A stretch of 64,000 bases of DNA from NCBI GenBank assembly GCA_002480485.1, contig DLCF01000027.1:9936-73935 (forward strand), read 5' to 3'. Origin of the DNA: Planctomycetaceae bacterium UBA7805. Its GTDB lineage: Bacteria > Planctomycetota > Planctomycetia > Pirellulales > UBA7805. The translations under genes were made by a program, and so were the position numbers. Of the stretch, positions 53,520 to 63,975 are shown piece after piece. Under the pieces are notes generated by a model. The model did not search any database. It worked only from the letters and a program-made list of their open reading frames with translations, and was not told where the DNA came from. Every line of letters starts with the position of its first letter. Position 1 is the first letter of the stretch.

Positions 53520-53610
53520 CCATAGGATCAGGCTTCCAGGAATCGATCTTTTCTCACAATCAAAAGTCTGGCAGACTCTCAGGTGCATTAGAAACCGGGA
53601 GCATGCTGTG

Positions 53611-55398
53611 ATGCGTTTCAATTCTTATCAGATTTTGTTGTTGATCTTACTCATAAGCGCGGACTTCAATCACGTTAGGATCGGATCTGCGGAGGATAAG
53701 CCTACCGTCAAAGCGGAAGAATCTGCCGATGAAATCGACCCCTCGCTGAAAGTAAAACTCAGCTCACCCCGGGAAACGCTGAAGACTTTTTTTGGTGCAT
53801 TTAAGCCGGGAGGCGACCCGAAAAATGCGGCGCTCACCCTGAATCTATCCGAAATTCCAATCAATGTCCGCTCTACTGTGGGAATTCACGATGCGTTTCA
53901 ACTTAAAGAAGTCATCGATCGCATGGTGTACGTGCAGTATTATCAGGTGCCGGATGATTCCGAGAGCAAAACGCCCTTTCGCCTAAGCCAAATCACAACC
54001 AAACTTACGGGTGCCGACGAGGATGACGCCGCGCTGATTGAGATCGCGCCGGATAAAGATGGCTACTGGCGATTCACAGACGACACCGTCAAAGTGATTG
54101 GTGACCTTTACCAGCGGTGGAAAAATCGGCCCACTGTTGAGGGGACTATTCGGGCCAAGGCACCTACGTGGACCCCCTTCTGGTTCCGACAACTTTTTCC
54201 CCAACGGCTTACCAACCAGCACTTCTTGCTGGCTGATTATCAGTGGATTTGTCTCTTCGCGCTGATCGTTATCGGATTCTTTTTAGACCGTTTAACAAGG
54301 TTTACATTCAGTCGATTGGCCCGCGGGTGGTTGCGATTTTTTGACAAAGATAACGAGACAACCATTCAGAGCAAAATATTCAGACCCATGGGCTTACTGG
54401 CTCAGGGATACGTCTGGTATGAGGGCACCAAATTACTCGGACTGCCAGATTTCGCCCTTAGTCTGTTACTAGTTGCCTTGCAGATTTTTACTGTGATCGC
54501 CGCGATCTGGACATGCTTTTTATTGATCGACGTGGGTCGTCACTACCTGTTCCGCAAGGCTCGGAAAACACCGAGTAAGTTTGATGACCTGTTGGTTCAA
54601 TTACTTTCGAAATCGCTGAAGGTGTTCGTGGTTTGCGTTGGTGTGCTAACCGCCGCACAGGCTTTTGGTCTCCCGATTGCCGGGTTGTTGGGCGGCATGG
54701 GTATTGGGGGTGCTGCAATCGCTCTGGCCTCCAAGGACACATTCTCCAATATTTTTGGTTCGTTCACTGTGCTTGCTGATCGGCCATTCGAGGTTGGCGA
54801 TTGGGTAATCACCAACCATGTGGAGGGTACGGTAGAGGCCGTCGGTTTCCGAAGCACCCGTATTCGTACGTTTTACAATTCTCTAATCACACTGCCTAAT
54901 AGTCTGCTGACCACCACTTCGGTCGACAATATGGGTGCCCGAAGATACCGGAGAATCAACACTTTATTGGGTGTGCAATACAACACGACACCGGAGCAGA
55001 TCGATGCATTCTGCGAGGGAATTCGCGAGTTGATCCGCAGACATCCGTACACTCGCAAGGATTATTACCACGTTTATTTTAACCAATTTAGCGACAGCAG
55101 TCTCAACATCCTGCTCTACTGCTTCCTGGAATGCCCCGACTGGGCGATCGAACTGCGCGAACGACATCGCCTGTTCAATGACATTCTGAGGCTGGCGCAG
55201 AAGTTGAGAGTTGAATTCGCATTTCCCACACGCACCCTTCATCTGTTCAATCACTCCAACGACCCGTTGCCCGAAGAATCCGCGCTTCCTGACCCGGCCC
55301 AGAGCGGGCAACGCATCGGCGCTGAGATTGCGGGCCCCTTACAGGGTGTACAGGACCGACCGGGGCCGGTATCTTTTTCAGGACCGAGCAACTTCTAA
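53611..55398 (+). CDS. Mechanosensitive ion channel family protein (MscS-like, large N-terminal periplasmic domain)
   Basis: Signal peptide MRFNSYQILLLILLISADF. Multiple TM helices are followed by the MscS beta-domain signature NIFGSFTVLADRPFEVGDWV..GTVEAVGFRSTRIRTFYNSLITLPNS. Confidence 0.85.
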   Translation: MRFNSYQILLLILLISADFNHVRIGSAEDKPTVKAEESADEIDPSLKVKLSSPRETLKTFFGAFKPGGDPKNAALTLNLSEIPINVRSTVGIHDAFQLKEVIDRMVYVQYYQVPDDSESKTPFRLSQITTKLTGADEDDAALIEIAPDKDGYWRFTDDTVKVIGDLYQRWKNRPTVEGTIRAKAPTWTPFWFRQLFPQRLTNQHFLLADYQWICLFALIVIGFFLDRLTRFTFSRLARGWLRFFDKDNETTIQSKIFRPMGLLAQGYVWYEGTKLLGLPDFALSLLLVALQIFTVIAAIWTCFLLIDVGRHYLFRKARKTPSKFDDLLVQLLSKSLKVFVVCVGVLTAAQAFGLPIAGLLGGMGIGGAAIALASKDTFSNIFGSFTVLADRPFEVGDWVITNHVEGTVEAVGFRSTRIRTFYNSLITLPNSLLTTTSVDNMGARRYRRINTLLGVQYNTTPEQIDAFCEGIRELIRRHPYTRKDYYHVYFNQFSDSSLNILLYCFLECPDWAIELRERHRLFNDILRLAQKLRVEFAFPTRTLHLFNHSNDPLPEESALPDPAQSGQRIGAEIAGPLQGVQDRPGPVSFSGPSNF

Positions 55399-55470
55399 GC
55401 AATAAATAACGGTTCGATCGATCCCCCAAATCACGAAGCTGATCGGGAGCAGACCGAAGAAGGGTGGACC

Positions 55471-56439
55471 ATGACAGATGGTAATTCAGCCTCTCGCAAA
55501 GCGGCCTTTCAGCAGATGTCAGAATCGGCTGGGTTTTGTCGCGGGCTGGAAGCGACACTGATTGAGTTCTCTGGTCGGGATCGCGACTCATTTCTACACA
55601 ATCTCTGCACGGCCGATATCAAGGGGCTTAAGCCGGGCCAAGGATGCGAACTCTTTTTCACGGATGCCCGAGGCAGAACAATCGGTTTCGGGTACGTATT
55701 GGCAGGCGAACACACGCTGCTGCTCTCAACCGCAGCCGGTCAATCCGAAGTGCTACTGCCCCACCTGGATCGATACCGGATACGGGAAGACGTCCAATTT
55801 TTCGACCATAGCAAAGACTGGCAGCAATGGGCCCTGTGTGGCCCGAAGGCTGAATCGATCTGTCAGCAAACACTAGGGCTCGAAATTGGCGCGGGAAATC
55901 TAAATTTTGTGGAGACAACTTGGAAAGGTGCTGTTTTGTGGTGTTGTCGGACTGACTTTTTCGGATTGCCCGGATTTCTGCTCCAAATTTCATCCGACGC
56001 TGCTGAATCGCTCGCCACAGCATACTCGGCAGAGGCCACCGAATGCGAAGATGCTGTGTTTGATTTTTTGCGTATTCGTGCCGGTTCTCCAGTCTTCAAT
56101 CGGGACATCAGCCCCAAAAACTTTCCACAGGAAATCGATCGCGATGATCGGGCGATAAGCTTTAACAAGGGTTGCTATCTTGGGCAGGAAACAGTTGCTC
56201 GGATTGATGCCTTAGGACAAGTCCACCGACTCCTCCGTAAATTTGTGGTGTCTGACACGGATACCATACCCGCTGCCGGCGACCAGCTTGAGGCAGCGGG
56301 ACAACGGGCAGGTCACTTCACGAGCGTGAGTCGCAATCCGCAAGACGGTCAGATTGTAGCCCTCGGCCTCGTTCGTCGGGCCCATGCCGATTCGGGTGTC
56401 GAACTCTCATTTGACTCAGGGAAAGTGAATGTCTTGTAA
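55471..56439 (+). CDS. Folate-binding YgfZ/GcvT-like protein
   Basis: GRDRDSFLHNLCTADI, L.RYRIREDV, and the family motif NKGCYLGQETVARIDALGQVHR. Confidence 0.75.
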   Translation: MTDGNSASRKAAFQQMSESAGFCRGLEATLIEFSGRDRDSFLHNLCTADIKGLKPGQGCELFFTDARGRTIGFGYVLAGEHTLLLSTAAGQSEVLLPHLDRYRIREDVQFFDHSKDWQQWALCGPKAESICQQTLGLEIGAGNLNFVETTWKGAVLWCCRTDFFGLPGFLLQISSDAAESLATAYSAEATECEDAVFDFLRIRAGSPVFNRDISPKNFPQEIDRDDRAISFNKGCYLGQETVARIDALGQVHRLLRKFVVSDTDTIPAAGDQLEAAGQRAGHFTSVSRNPQDGQIVALGLVRRAHADSGVELSFDSGKVNVL

Positions 56440-56487
56440 CCCAATTTCGAATTAAGGCGGGGCCGGATTTTTGAGATAGAGAGCAAC

Positions 56488-56907
56488 TCAAGATATATCA
56501 ACCGGCCAATCAAAAGCATCCTCAAAGTGAGTTACCGCTGGTTTTCCCGAATCCCCAGGCCAGAGTACGGCAACCACATCAAAGCGGGACGGTGTTTCAC
56601 TCAGTTGATAACGGATAAGATACTGCAGTGCCAACCGACCTAATTTCAGTTGCTTCTTCTGGCCCACCGCCTCTTCTGGAAATCCCAACGAATGGCCGGA
56701 CCTTGTTTTAACCTCTACAAATACAAGCGTGGGGCCTCGACGGTCGCGCGGATCAACTGCCACCAGATCAAGCTCACCGAGTGCAGACCGATGGGAGCGG
56801 GCGACAATCCGGTAACCCTTCTTTCGCAGAAAACGAGCAGCTACAGCCTCACCACGCTGCCCTAGCGTGCGAGTGGATGAAAAAAATCGGCGCCACGACC
56901 ATTGCAT
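56488..56907 (-). CDS. yraN: YraN family (UPF0102) endonuclease-like protein
   Basis: GEAVAARFLRKKGYRIVARSHR...GELDLVAVD...LVFVEVKTR...RFDVVAV is the canonical YraN pattern. Confidence 0.85.
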   Translation of the reverse strand: MQWSWRRFFSSTRTLGQRGEAVAARFLRKKGYRIVARSHRSALGELDLVAVDPRDRRGPTLVFVEVKTRSGHSLGFPEEAVGQKKQLKLGRLALQYLIRYQLSETPSRFDVVAVLWPGDSGKPAVTHFEDAFDWPVDIS

Positions 56908-56943
56908 TTAAGCATGTGCCTATAAAACTCAACCAATCTGCCC

Positions 56944-57306
56944 CTATTTTTTCTGATCCATCCTCCGCTCTCTCAAGCGGACCGCTTTACCGACCCGATC
57001 ACGCAGAAAATAAAGCTTGGCTCGGCGAACAACACCTTTCCGCTTTACCTCAATTTTTGCAATCCGCGGGGAGTGAAGGGGAAATTTTCGCTCAACGCCC
57101 TCGCCACCGACGACCCGTCGGACGGCAAACATTTCCCGAGTCCCGGAACCACTACGTGCAATCACGGTGCCATTAAAAATTTGAATCCTTTCCTTGTCAC
57201 CCTCCATGATTCGGGTGTGCACATCTACCGTGTCCCCGATCTCAAACTCAGGGGGTTGCTCTTTTAGGCTCTGTTTTTCAACTAATTCTAAAATTTGTTG
57301 ACTCAT
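56944..57306 (-). CDS. rplS: 50S ribosomal protein L19
   Basis: [66 protein letters not shown] 57306 has GAGGA 8 nt upstream. The track ORF extends to TTG 57321, overlapping the trmD stop. Confidence 0.95.
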   Translation of the reverse strand: MSQQILELVEKQSLKEQPPEFEIGDTVDVHTRIMEGDKERIQIFNGTVIARSGSGTREMFAVRRVVGGEGVERKFPLHSPRIAKIEVKRKGVVRRAKLYFLRDRVGKAVRLRERRMDQKK

Positions 57307-57317
57307 AACACGCATCC

Positions 57318-58034
57318 TCAACCGAAATTCTTGTTGATTTCATCTTCACGCTCGATCAAATCGGCTCGTTTGCGACGAGTTCGATCGAGACTTTCTTGTG
57401 CTCGCCAGCGAGCAATCTCTTCGTGATTTCCACTGAGTAATATCTCAGGAACTTCCAAACCCCGATAACTTCTCGGGCGTGTATATTGCGAACATTCAAT
57501 TCGATGTCGATTCGATCCGGAGAAAGAATCGTTTTGTGAACTCTCCACGTCGCCCAAAACGCCCGGCACCAAACGGACGCAGGTATCGATCAGAACCATC
57601 GCACCCACTTCACCACCGTTCAGAACATAATCCCCTACCGAAATTTCATCAGGCTCCAATATCTTCCTGACACGCTCGTCAAAGCCTTCATACCGTCCGC
57701 ACAACATTATTAAATGTGACTTTTCCGCCAGTACTTCAACACCAGGTTGATCCAACCGACGCCCTTGCGGCGTAAGCATCACCAAATGCCCCGGCGTCTG
57801 TTGAGCCGACTGCACCGCCTCGACCGCCTCCACAACCGGTTCCGCTTTCAAAACCATGCCCGGACCACCACCGAATGGCCGATCATCCACTGCCGCATGG
57901 GGTCCGACCGCCCAATCGCGGATATTGTGCAGTCGAACCTGAACGAGTCCTGCATCAATTGCTCGACGCAGCAAACTCTGCCCTAAATAACCCGGGAACA
58001 TCTCCGGGAAAAGGGTCAGGACATCAAACCGCAT
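57318..58034 (-). CDS. trmD: tRNA (guanine37-N1)-methyltransferase
   Basis: [38 protein letters not shown] and [28 protein letters not shown]. Confidence 0.95.
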   Translation of the reverse strand: MRFDVLTLFPEMFPGYLGQSLLRRAIDAGLVQVRLHNIRDWAVGPHAAVDDRPFGGGPGMVLKAEPVVEAVEAVQSAQQTPGHLVMLTPQGRRLDQPGVEVLAEKSHLIMLCGRYEGFDERVRKILEPDEISVGDYVLNGGEVGAMVLIDTCVRLVPGVLGDVESSQNDSFSGSNRHRIECSQYTRPRSYRGLEVPEILLSGNHEEIARWRAQESLDRTRRKRADLIEREDEINKNFG

Positions 58035-58040
58035 GATCGG

Positions 58041-58595
58041 TTACTCGCTTTTTTCTTCTTCCGCTTGCGCCGCTTGCTCTGAGCCAGCCGATTGCTCTGG
58101 GCTGTCTTCGGAAGACGCTGCAGCATCGGGTTCTGTCGACGCACTGTCGGTGGCAACTTCAGCAGTTGCCTCTGTCTCCTTAGCTGCGACCTCTTCTACT
58201 TCTACCGGAGTCGCCGACCCTTCGGCTTCGGGGCTTGCCTCAGTCGATTCCTCGGCAGGAACGTATGCCGGCGTACCAAAATCCGGTAAAATCCGCGGAC
58301 CAGATCGCTTTGCCAAGGCTGCCTCTCGAGCTGCCACATGCGTTCCCTCTGGACCGTACTTTTTGAAAAGTATTTTGACCTTGTCGCTCATCTGTGCGCC
58401 AACACCCAACCAGTAGGCAAACCGTTCGTGATTCAACGCAGCCCGGGCATCGGTTTCGGGAATCATCGGATCATACGTCCCGAGTTCCTCAAGGACCCGG
58501 CCGTCGCGTGGCGCACGACCGTCCACAGCACAGATCCGGAAAAAGGGCCTATGCTTTCGCCCTAGCTTTTTCATGCGAATTCGAACTGCCACCAC
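58041..58595 (-). CDS. rpsP: 30S ribosomal protein S16 with a roughly 100-aa acidic Ala/Glu/Ser/Thr-rich C-terminal extension
   Basis: The core is MVAVRIRMKKLGRKHRPFFRICAVDGRAPRDGRVLEELGTYDP...WLGVGAQMSD. The tail (nt about 58044-58343) is EESTEASPEAEGSATPVEVEEVAAKETEATAEV...AEEEKSE. Confidence 0.93.
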   Translation of the reverse strand: MVAVRIRMKKLGRKHRPFFRICAVDGRAPRDGRVLEELGTYDPMIPETDARAALNHERFAYWLGVGAQMSDKVKILFKKYGPEGTHVAAREAALAKRSGPRILPDFGTPAYVPAEESTEASPEAEGSATPVEVEEVAAKETEATAEVATDSASTEPDAAASSEDSPEQSAGSEQAAQAEEEKSE

Positions 58596-58732
58596 ATATC
58601 TCCTGTTAACTTCCTAAAAATCGAGGCCTTTCATTCTGCCTTCTCGAAGCAAAAAATGTCAGCCCTCTCCGAACCTTTTTTACTCGCGCGGCAGATAGAG
58701 ACAAAGGATATTCGCCGGAAGCGGGTGTTTAA

Positions 58733-60220
58733 TCAGTCTTTGGGACCAGTACGTAGCGACCGCTTTTTCCGCCGAGCCTCTTTTTCCCGCTGTTTTTTCA
58801 ACTTCTGTCGTTCTTTGCTGGACAGGCGCTTTCCGGTTCCCTGCTTGGTTTTCGCGAGTTTTCCGCCCGGGTTCGCCATAGCCTGGGCCTGCATCTCCTT
58901 GGCCATTTTCATCCGCTCCCGCACCCCTTTTCCCGCCATTTGCTTCATCATGCCCGCCATGCCGTCAAATTGTTTGACCAGATCACTGACCTCTCCCGAT
59001 GAAACACCGGCACCAGCGGCGATGCGACGACGGCGGGAGGGGTCAATAATCTTGACCGGATTGCGACGCTCCTCAGCGGTCATCGAGTCGATTATGCCGA
59101 ACAATCGCTGCATATCTTTTTCAACGTCTGCTCCCTCCAGCATATCAGCCATCCCGCCATCCATCCCGAGCATTCCCATAACTTTGCCCATTGGACCGAG
59201 GCGTGTCACCTGCGAAAGCTGCTTGCGGAAATCGTCGAGCGTGAACTCGCCCTTCCGCATTCGCTCTTCCTGCCGCTCCATTTCCTCCTGATCAAATTTC
59301 TTTTGCGCCTGCTCGACAAGCGAGAGCACATCTCCCATCCCCAGAATCCGCCCGGCCAACCGATCGGGATGAAATTCTTCCAAACCGTCAATGTGCTCGC
59401 CTGTACCGATAAACTTTATGGGAACCCCAGTTACATGCTTCACCGAAAGTGCCGCACCACCACGTGCATCACCATCCAATTTAGTCATGATGCAACCGTC
59501 AAGCTCCAATGCATCATTGAAGCCTTTGGCACTTTTAACCGCATCCTGACCGGTCATTCCATCCACCACCAGGTAGACCTGATCGGGTTGGACCTTTTTG
59601 TCAATCGCGGCCAATTCCCCCATCAATTCTTCGTCAATAGCCAAGCGACCCGCGGTATCCAAAATGAGGACATCGATCTGTTGCCGATCGGCTTCGGTTC
59701 GCGCCGCGCGACAAACAGCGACCGGATCCTGCATTTCACGACTAGAGAAAACGGGAACACCAATTTGCTCACCCAAGACATGCAATTGATCGATTGCGGC
59801 GGGGCGCTGAAGATCCGCCGCGCAAAGCATCGGCTTCTTTTTTAGTTCTAGAATTCGCTGCGCAAGTTTTGCACACGAGGTCGTCTTACCCGAACCCTGT
59901 AAACCGCACAGCATCAAGACCGTCACTCCACTTCGTAGATGCAAATCATGATCTACAGGACCCATCAACTCAATGAGTTGCTCGTGCACAATGCCTACGA
60001 CCTGTTGACTTGGATCGAGACTCTTGAGCACCCGCTCCCCAATTGCCTGTTCGGTAACGCGTTCCATAAAATCACGGACCGCTGAAAAACTTACATCAGC
60101 CTCGAGCAATGCCTCACGGACCTGCGCTAGACCGTCGCGCATATTGGCTTCGGTCAGTTTGCCCCTTCCGCGAAGCGATCGCAGAGCGCCTGAAAGATTT
60201 TCCTGAAGTGCGTCAAACAT
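58733..60220 (-). CDS. ffh: Signal recognition particle protein Ffh
   Basis: MFDALQENLSGALRSLRG, GLQGSGKTTSCAKLA, DTAGR, TKLDGDARGG, a Met-rich M domain, and a basic C-terminal tail. ATG 60220 gives the canonical N-terminus; the 62 extra track codons up to 60406 are not Ffh-like. Confidence 0.94.
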   Translation of the reverse strand: MFDALQENLSGALRSLRGRGKLTEANMRDGLAQVREALLEADVSFSAVRDFMERVTEQAIGERVLKSLDPSQQVVGIVHEQLIELMGPVDHDLHLRSGVTVLMLCGLQGSGKTTSCAKLAQRILELKKKPMLCAADLQRPAAIDQLHVLGEQIGVPVFSSREMQDPVAVCRAARTEADRQQIDVLILDTAGRLAIDEELMGELAAIDKKVQPDQVYLVVDGMTGQDAVKSAKGFNDALELDGCIMTKLDGDARGGAALSVKHVTGVPIKFIGTGEHIDGLEEFHPDRLAGRILGMGDVLSLVEQAQKKFDQEEMERQEERMRKGEFTLDDFRKQLSQVTRLGPMGKVMGMLGMDGGMADMLEGADVEKDMQRLFGIIDSMTAEERRNPVKIIDPSRRRRIAAGAGVSSGEVSDLVKQFDGMAGMMKQMAGKGVRERMKMAKEMQAQAMANPGGKLAKTKQGTGKRLSSKERQKLKKQREKEARRKKRSLRTGPKD

Positions 60221-60426
60221 CATTTCAACAAGCTGAAAAAAGACGGCGTGATGCCCAAGGCGGACAGGGCCCGGGCCATTCCTCGGCAATGGAAGCCACC
60301 GGAAATAGACCAGAATGGCGACAGCACAAGAGTCTACCGCAAGACATGGCTGATTGGCAATCGGTCGACTTTTCCAAACCAACTTGTAAAGACAGCATCT
60401 GCCCACTTGACCGAGAACGGGCCATG

Positions 60427-63400
60427 TTAGCGGAAGAGTTCTTGCAACCCCTTCTGCAAACCTCGATCAATCGCATCATTCAAAAATCCGCTGGCAGTTC
60501 CTTGTAACATCTGTTTGCTGAGCTTGCCGATCGCCTTGGGGTCGAGCTTTGGATTCTGGACTGTACCACGAATGGGAATCTCAAGCGTTTGCCCGGCCAG
60601 ACCGCGGAGAATTGGGTCGCGATCGACCCATTTTTGACGAATCGGTATTTCAGCGACCAAGTCGAGCGTTTGATCTAGACCGACCGATCCACTTGTCCGC
60701 ACGACCACATCGCCGACTTCAACTTCAAACTGATGGTGTTCCACCCGTCCGGCCACCATGCGGAACGGGACCTCTTGCGGATCGATTTTTAAAATCGGCT
60801 TGTTTGGGTTCGGTCGGCGGTTGATGATCGCATCCACCTGAGCAGCGATCGACGCGATCTGCTCGGTGACAGGTCCAGGACGGATCTGTGCATCATGAAT
60901 GGTAAACGTCCCCTCGAGCGTTGCCGCATCCGGCGTTTCGAGCGGAACCACCGAGCGGGTTAAGCGGACCGAAAAATTACCCTCGGCACGCGTCGCATCC
61001 GCTAACACAGGTGCGAGGTATTGCAGCCAATCGCGACATAACGCTTCGGTGATCATGCCTTGCGAAAGTACCGTGTCCTGGCTCAAGAGCAGCACTGCCG
61101 GACCACTGTCGAATCGCACGAAAGGAACCGTTTGCAATTGTCCACCGCCAAAGGCAAGATCAAGCCGTGTACCCCGGATGATTCCTTTATCGAGTTCAGC
61201 AGAAAAAGCCCCCTGTCCACCGCGCAGCCCGTAACACTGAAAAAAATCCCAGGAAAAACCTCCGCCCGATTCGATGCCTTCCCACCATGGAGGTGATGAG
61301 TTTGTCGATCCAGGCAGGAGCGGACCTCGGTAGTAAATTGGTCGGCTTCCCTTGCCAACAATAACCAACTGATCATCAAGGTGTGGTTTCAATAGTTCCG
61401 TCGCTTGCGCGAGATCATAAACTAATTTTCCTTCGAGCGTTGCAAACGGTCGCCCGGATAGTCCCTCAATACTTCCCCTCAGATCCTGCACTCTAATTCC
61501 ACGCGAACCGGTAGTCACCCGATCCAACTGAAGACGATCATCGGCCTGATCATAAACCAACCGGCCGCGGAGAGTGAGTTGTTTATCTTGCCAGATTGGT
61601 TCGAGGCTCGTCGGCTTGACCTTCGATTCTCTGCTGCCGACAGCAGCCAACCTATTTTGGTCAGCCGCAGGCTGAATCGAAAAATTACGGATCGCCAATT
61701 CCGGCTCCATGGTGATCTGCTGAGCTTTGGTCTGCAACTTGAACTTTCCTTCTGCCTTGCCTGCCAGCAAAAAACGACTGCCTAAATCATGGGCACTAAG
61801 CCACGGCTGTAGGAAAGCAAGGTCACCACGTATGTACAGGGCTCCGGTTGCGGAGGGTAATGAGGGTTTCGCATCGGGGGATTGGGGTGCGAGGGCAGGG
61901 AACGCCATGTTCAGTTTTTCAGTCCACATGGCAAATGCCGGGGCACGCACTGCTATCGCAACATCAGAAATTTGACGGTCCACCTGATCCCACCTTCCGC
62001 TTCCGCTGAGGACGAGACTCGGTTGGTCGATACGGCCTGTTTTAAAGGGAAGTTTTAAATTCTCCACATTGACTCGGGCATGATCCACGTTCATTTTATT
62101 CGTTGCAAAACGGCCACGCAGTTCCGCATCGAACCGACCCTCGGGCAAGGCAGTTAACAAATCTTTTTCAAGGGGTGCCCGTTTAAACCAAGAAGCGAGT
62201 TGGCCACTTCCCCGAATTTCCAGCGGGAGACCTGCGCGGAGATCGGTAACCATCACAGGAGAAGTCAATTGCACACTCACCCGATCACCCGCAGAGTCAA
62301 ACCGAAACTCGGCTTGCTGGACCGCAGCGATTTGTTGATCGTCGACAGCCGCGCGGGCCTTCAACCGAAGGGTCATCCGCGGCTCCTCAAAGTGCGGGCC
62401 ATCGGGCATCCCAAATTGGAAACCTTCCACGATACCTTGGCCATTTAAGGTAAATTGACTTTGATCCGATTGAACAAGGTCGATGCTGGCTTGCATCCGA
62501 CCAGCCATTTCCAGACCGCCTAGATCAATAATCGGCTCGAGATCCTCTCGCAGTTGCGTCAAGTCGGCAGTAAGCGCAATAGTACCTGCTTCGGGTGAAC
62601 CGTTTGCCTTTACGACCAGATAATCGCTCGCACAAGAAATATCTCCCTCCCAAGCGTTTGATGCAGACTCTTGTAGCTTTAAGTGCATCGTAATGGGCTG
62701 TTCCCAATGGAGGGACCTACCACCAGCGGTGGCGGCGAGATCCGAAGCCCTGATATCAGCACTCCAACTCCGGCCGCTCTCGATCGAAGCCAACTGAACA
62801 GAAAATTGCACTTCGCCTGAATCAATTTTTGTATTTTTGCGAAGCCGCAGCATGCTTGGAAGTTGCTGCGCAACGCGGGGTAAATTCAATTTACCTTTTG
62901 CCTCGATCCCCTTTAGAAACACGTTTGTGTTGTCCCCCGCCACTGAAGCAGGTTGCAGCAGGTTGCAGCCCGTCGCCGTCAAATTAAATTCGGCAAAATC
63001 CGAGTCGAAACGCAATGTTTCTACTTGGAATCCGCTGCCCTTGGCCGTCGCTCGCAATTCCAGGTTTCCACGCTGTAACGCAATTTTTTCACCCGAGAGA
63101 ACCGTAGAAGAACGGAAGGCGGCATCACGGCCGAGCAGTTTCATCTCGACGCGGGCCGTGTCGCGCTGCCAATCAATGGCCGCTATCGAGGTAATCCGAC
63201 CTGCGATTTTACTTTCAGGCAGTAGGCGGACGAGAAGCGGTTCGATCGCCTCAAGTTGAATTCCAGATGTCTCCCAGGTCAATTCGCCGACAGGTTGCTC
63301 CGCGGCGCCTTTGGCAGGCGCGAATCGCAGCACGGCTGAAATCTGCCCTGGTGAATTATCTGTGTTGACTGCCTCAAGCGCGGCGGAGGTCTCGACCGTG

Positions 63401-63975
63401 AGTGGCAATGCGTCATCAGGGCTGAAGCGAGCCAGTAGCGTCCAATCGCGGATGCGACCGAATTTCTCTTCCGGCGTTGCAATGCTAACATTGACCGTTT
63501 CGAGTTTTGCAGTGATCGCGGGTGGTGAATCTTCAGATGCAGGTTTTGCCAAAATGGCCTCGAACGCTTTTTCCCAATTGGACGATTGGTTTTCAACGAC
63601 CAGATCAATGTCGGCGTCTGAGATAGTGACCGTGGCTCCCGCGATACCCTGCGTGATCAGTCCTAACAGGGTTCGGTTTAGGTGGATGGTCGCGTTGCTT
63701 ATAAGCGGTTCACCTTTATCGTCGGTGAATTTGACGTCTCTGAGCAAGACCGGTGAAAACCAGCCCAATGATGCGGATCCGATATGAGAGGTAGCTTTTA
63801 GCTCGGGAAGTACCCAGGGCACGATTTTCTGACGCAATGATGTGTGGCTGAAAATGGAGGGCCCGCTGATAATGAGTGCCCCTGGAACAATAATCACAGC
63901 TATCGTCAGCGCGATCGACATGATCGGACGGCGCAACAATCGAGCCCTCGAAAAAATTCCGGCTTTGTGCTCCAT
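60427..63975 (-). CDS. Giant N-terminally anchored AsmA/TamB-like envelope protein (family assignment tentative)
   Basis: 1182 aa. A single N-terminal TM (MSIALTIAVIIVPGALIISGP) is followed by over 1100 aa of beta-rich, repeat-like sequence with alternating hydrophobic patterns and no other TM. This architecture is typical of AsmA-like proteins. I recognise no catalytic motif. Confidence 0.45.
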   Translation of the reverse strand: MEHKAGIFSRARLLRRPIMSIALTIAVIIVPGALIISGPSIFSHTSLRQKIVPWVLPELKATSHIGSASLGWFSPVLLRDVKFTDDKGEPLISNATIHLNRTLLGLITQGIAGATVTISDADIDLVVENQSSNWEKAFEAILAKPASEDSPPAITAKLETVNVSIATPEEKFGRIRDWTLLARFSPDDALPLTVETSAALEAVNTDNSPGQISAVLRFAPAKGAAEQPVGELTWETSGIQLEAIEPLLVRLLPESKIAGRITSIAAIDWQRDTARVEMKLLGRDAAFRSSTVLSGEKIALQRGNLELRATAKGSGFQVETLRFDSDFAEFNLTATGCNLLQPASVAGDNTNVFLKGIEAKGKLNLPRVAQQLPSMLRLRKNTKIDSGEVQFSVQLASIESGRSWSADIRASDLAATAGGRSLHWEQPITMHLKLQESASNAWEGDISCASDYLVVKANGSPEAGTIALTADLTQLREDLEPIIDLGGLEMAGRMQASIDLVQSDQSQFTLNGQGIVEGFQFGMPDGPHFEEPRMTLRLKARAAVDDQQIAAVQQAEFRFDSAGDRVSVQLTSPVMVTDLRAGLPLEIRGSGQLASWFKRAPLEKDLLTALPEGRFDAELRGRFATNKMNVDHARVNVENLKLPFKTGRIDQPSLVLSGSGRWDQVDRQISDVAIAVRAPAFAMWTEKLNMAFPALAPQSPDAKPSLPSATGALYIRGDLAFLQPWLSAHDLGSRFLLAGKAEGKFKLQTKAQQITMEPELAIRNFSIQPAADQNRLAAVGSRESKVKPTSLEPIWQDKQLTLRGRLVYDQADDRLQLDRVTTGSRGIRVQDLRGSIEGLSGRPFATLEGKLVYDLAQATELLKPHLDDQLVIVGKGSRPIYYRGPLLPGSTNSSPPWWEGIESGGGFSWDFFQCYGLRGGQGAFSAELDKGIIRGTRLDLAFGGGQLQTVPFVRFDSGPAVLLLSQDTVLSQGMITEALCRDWLQYLAPVLADATRAEGNFSVRLTRSVVPLETPDAATLEGTFTIHDAQIRPGPVTEQIASIAAQVDAIINRRPNPNKPILKIDPQEVPFRMVAGRVEHHQFEVEVGDVVVRTSGSVGLDQTLDLVAEIPIRQKWVDRDPILRGLAGQTLEIPIRGTVQNPKLDPKAIGKLSKQMLQGTASGFLNDAIDRGLQKGLQELFR

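Noticed and set aside
58656-59291. 211-aa plus-strand ORF antisense to ffh, and a 127-aa plus-strand ORF (58033-58416) antisense to rpsP
   Set aside because: Both lie opposite highly conserved genes. Their low-complexity Ser/Ala/Pro composition reflects the complementary strand of Glu/Ala/Lys-rich coding sequence.
62948-62969. Tandem duplication GCAGGTTGCA x2 inside the AsmA-like gene
   Set aside because: There are only two copies, they are in-frame (encoding ..CNLLQPA..), and there is no wider repeat array. It is probably a trivial slippage duplication.
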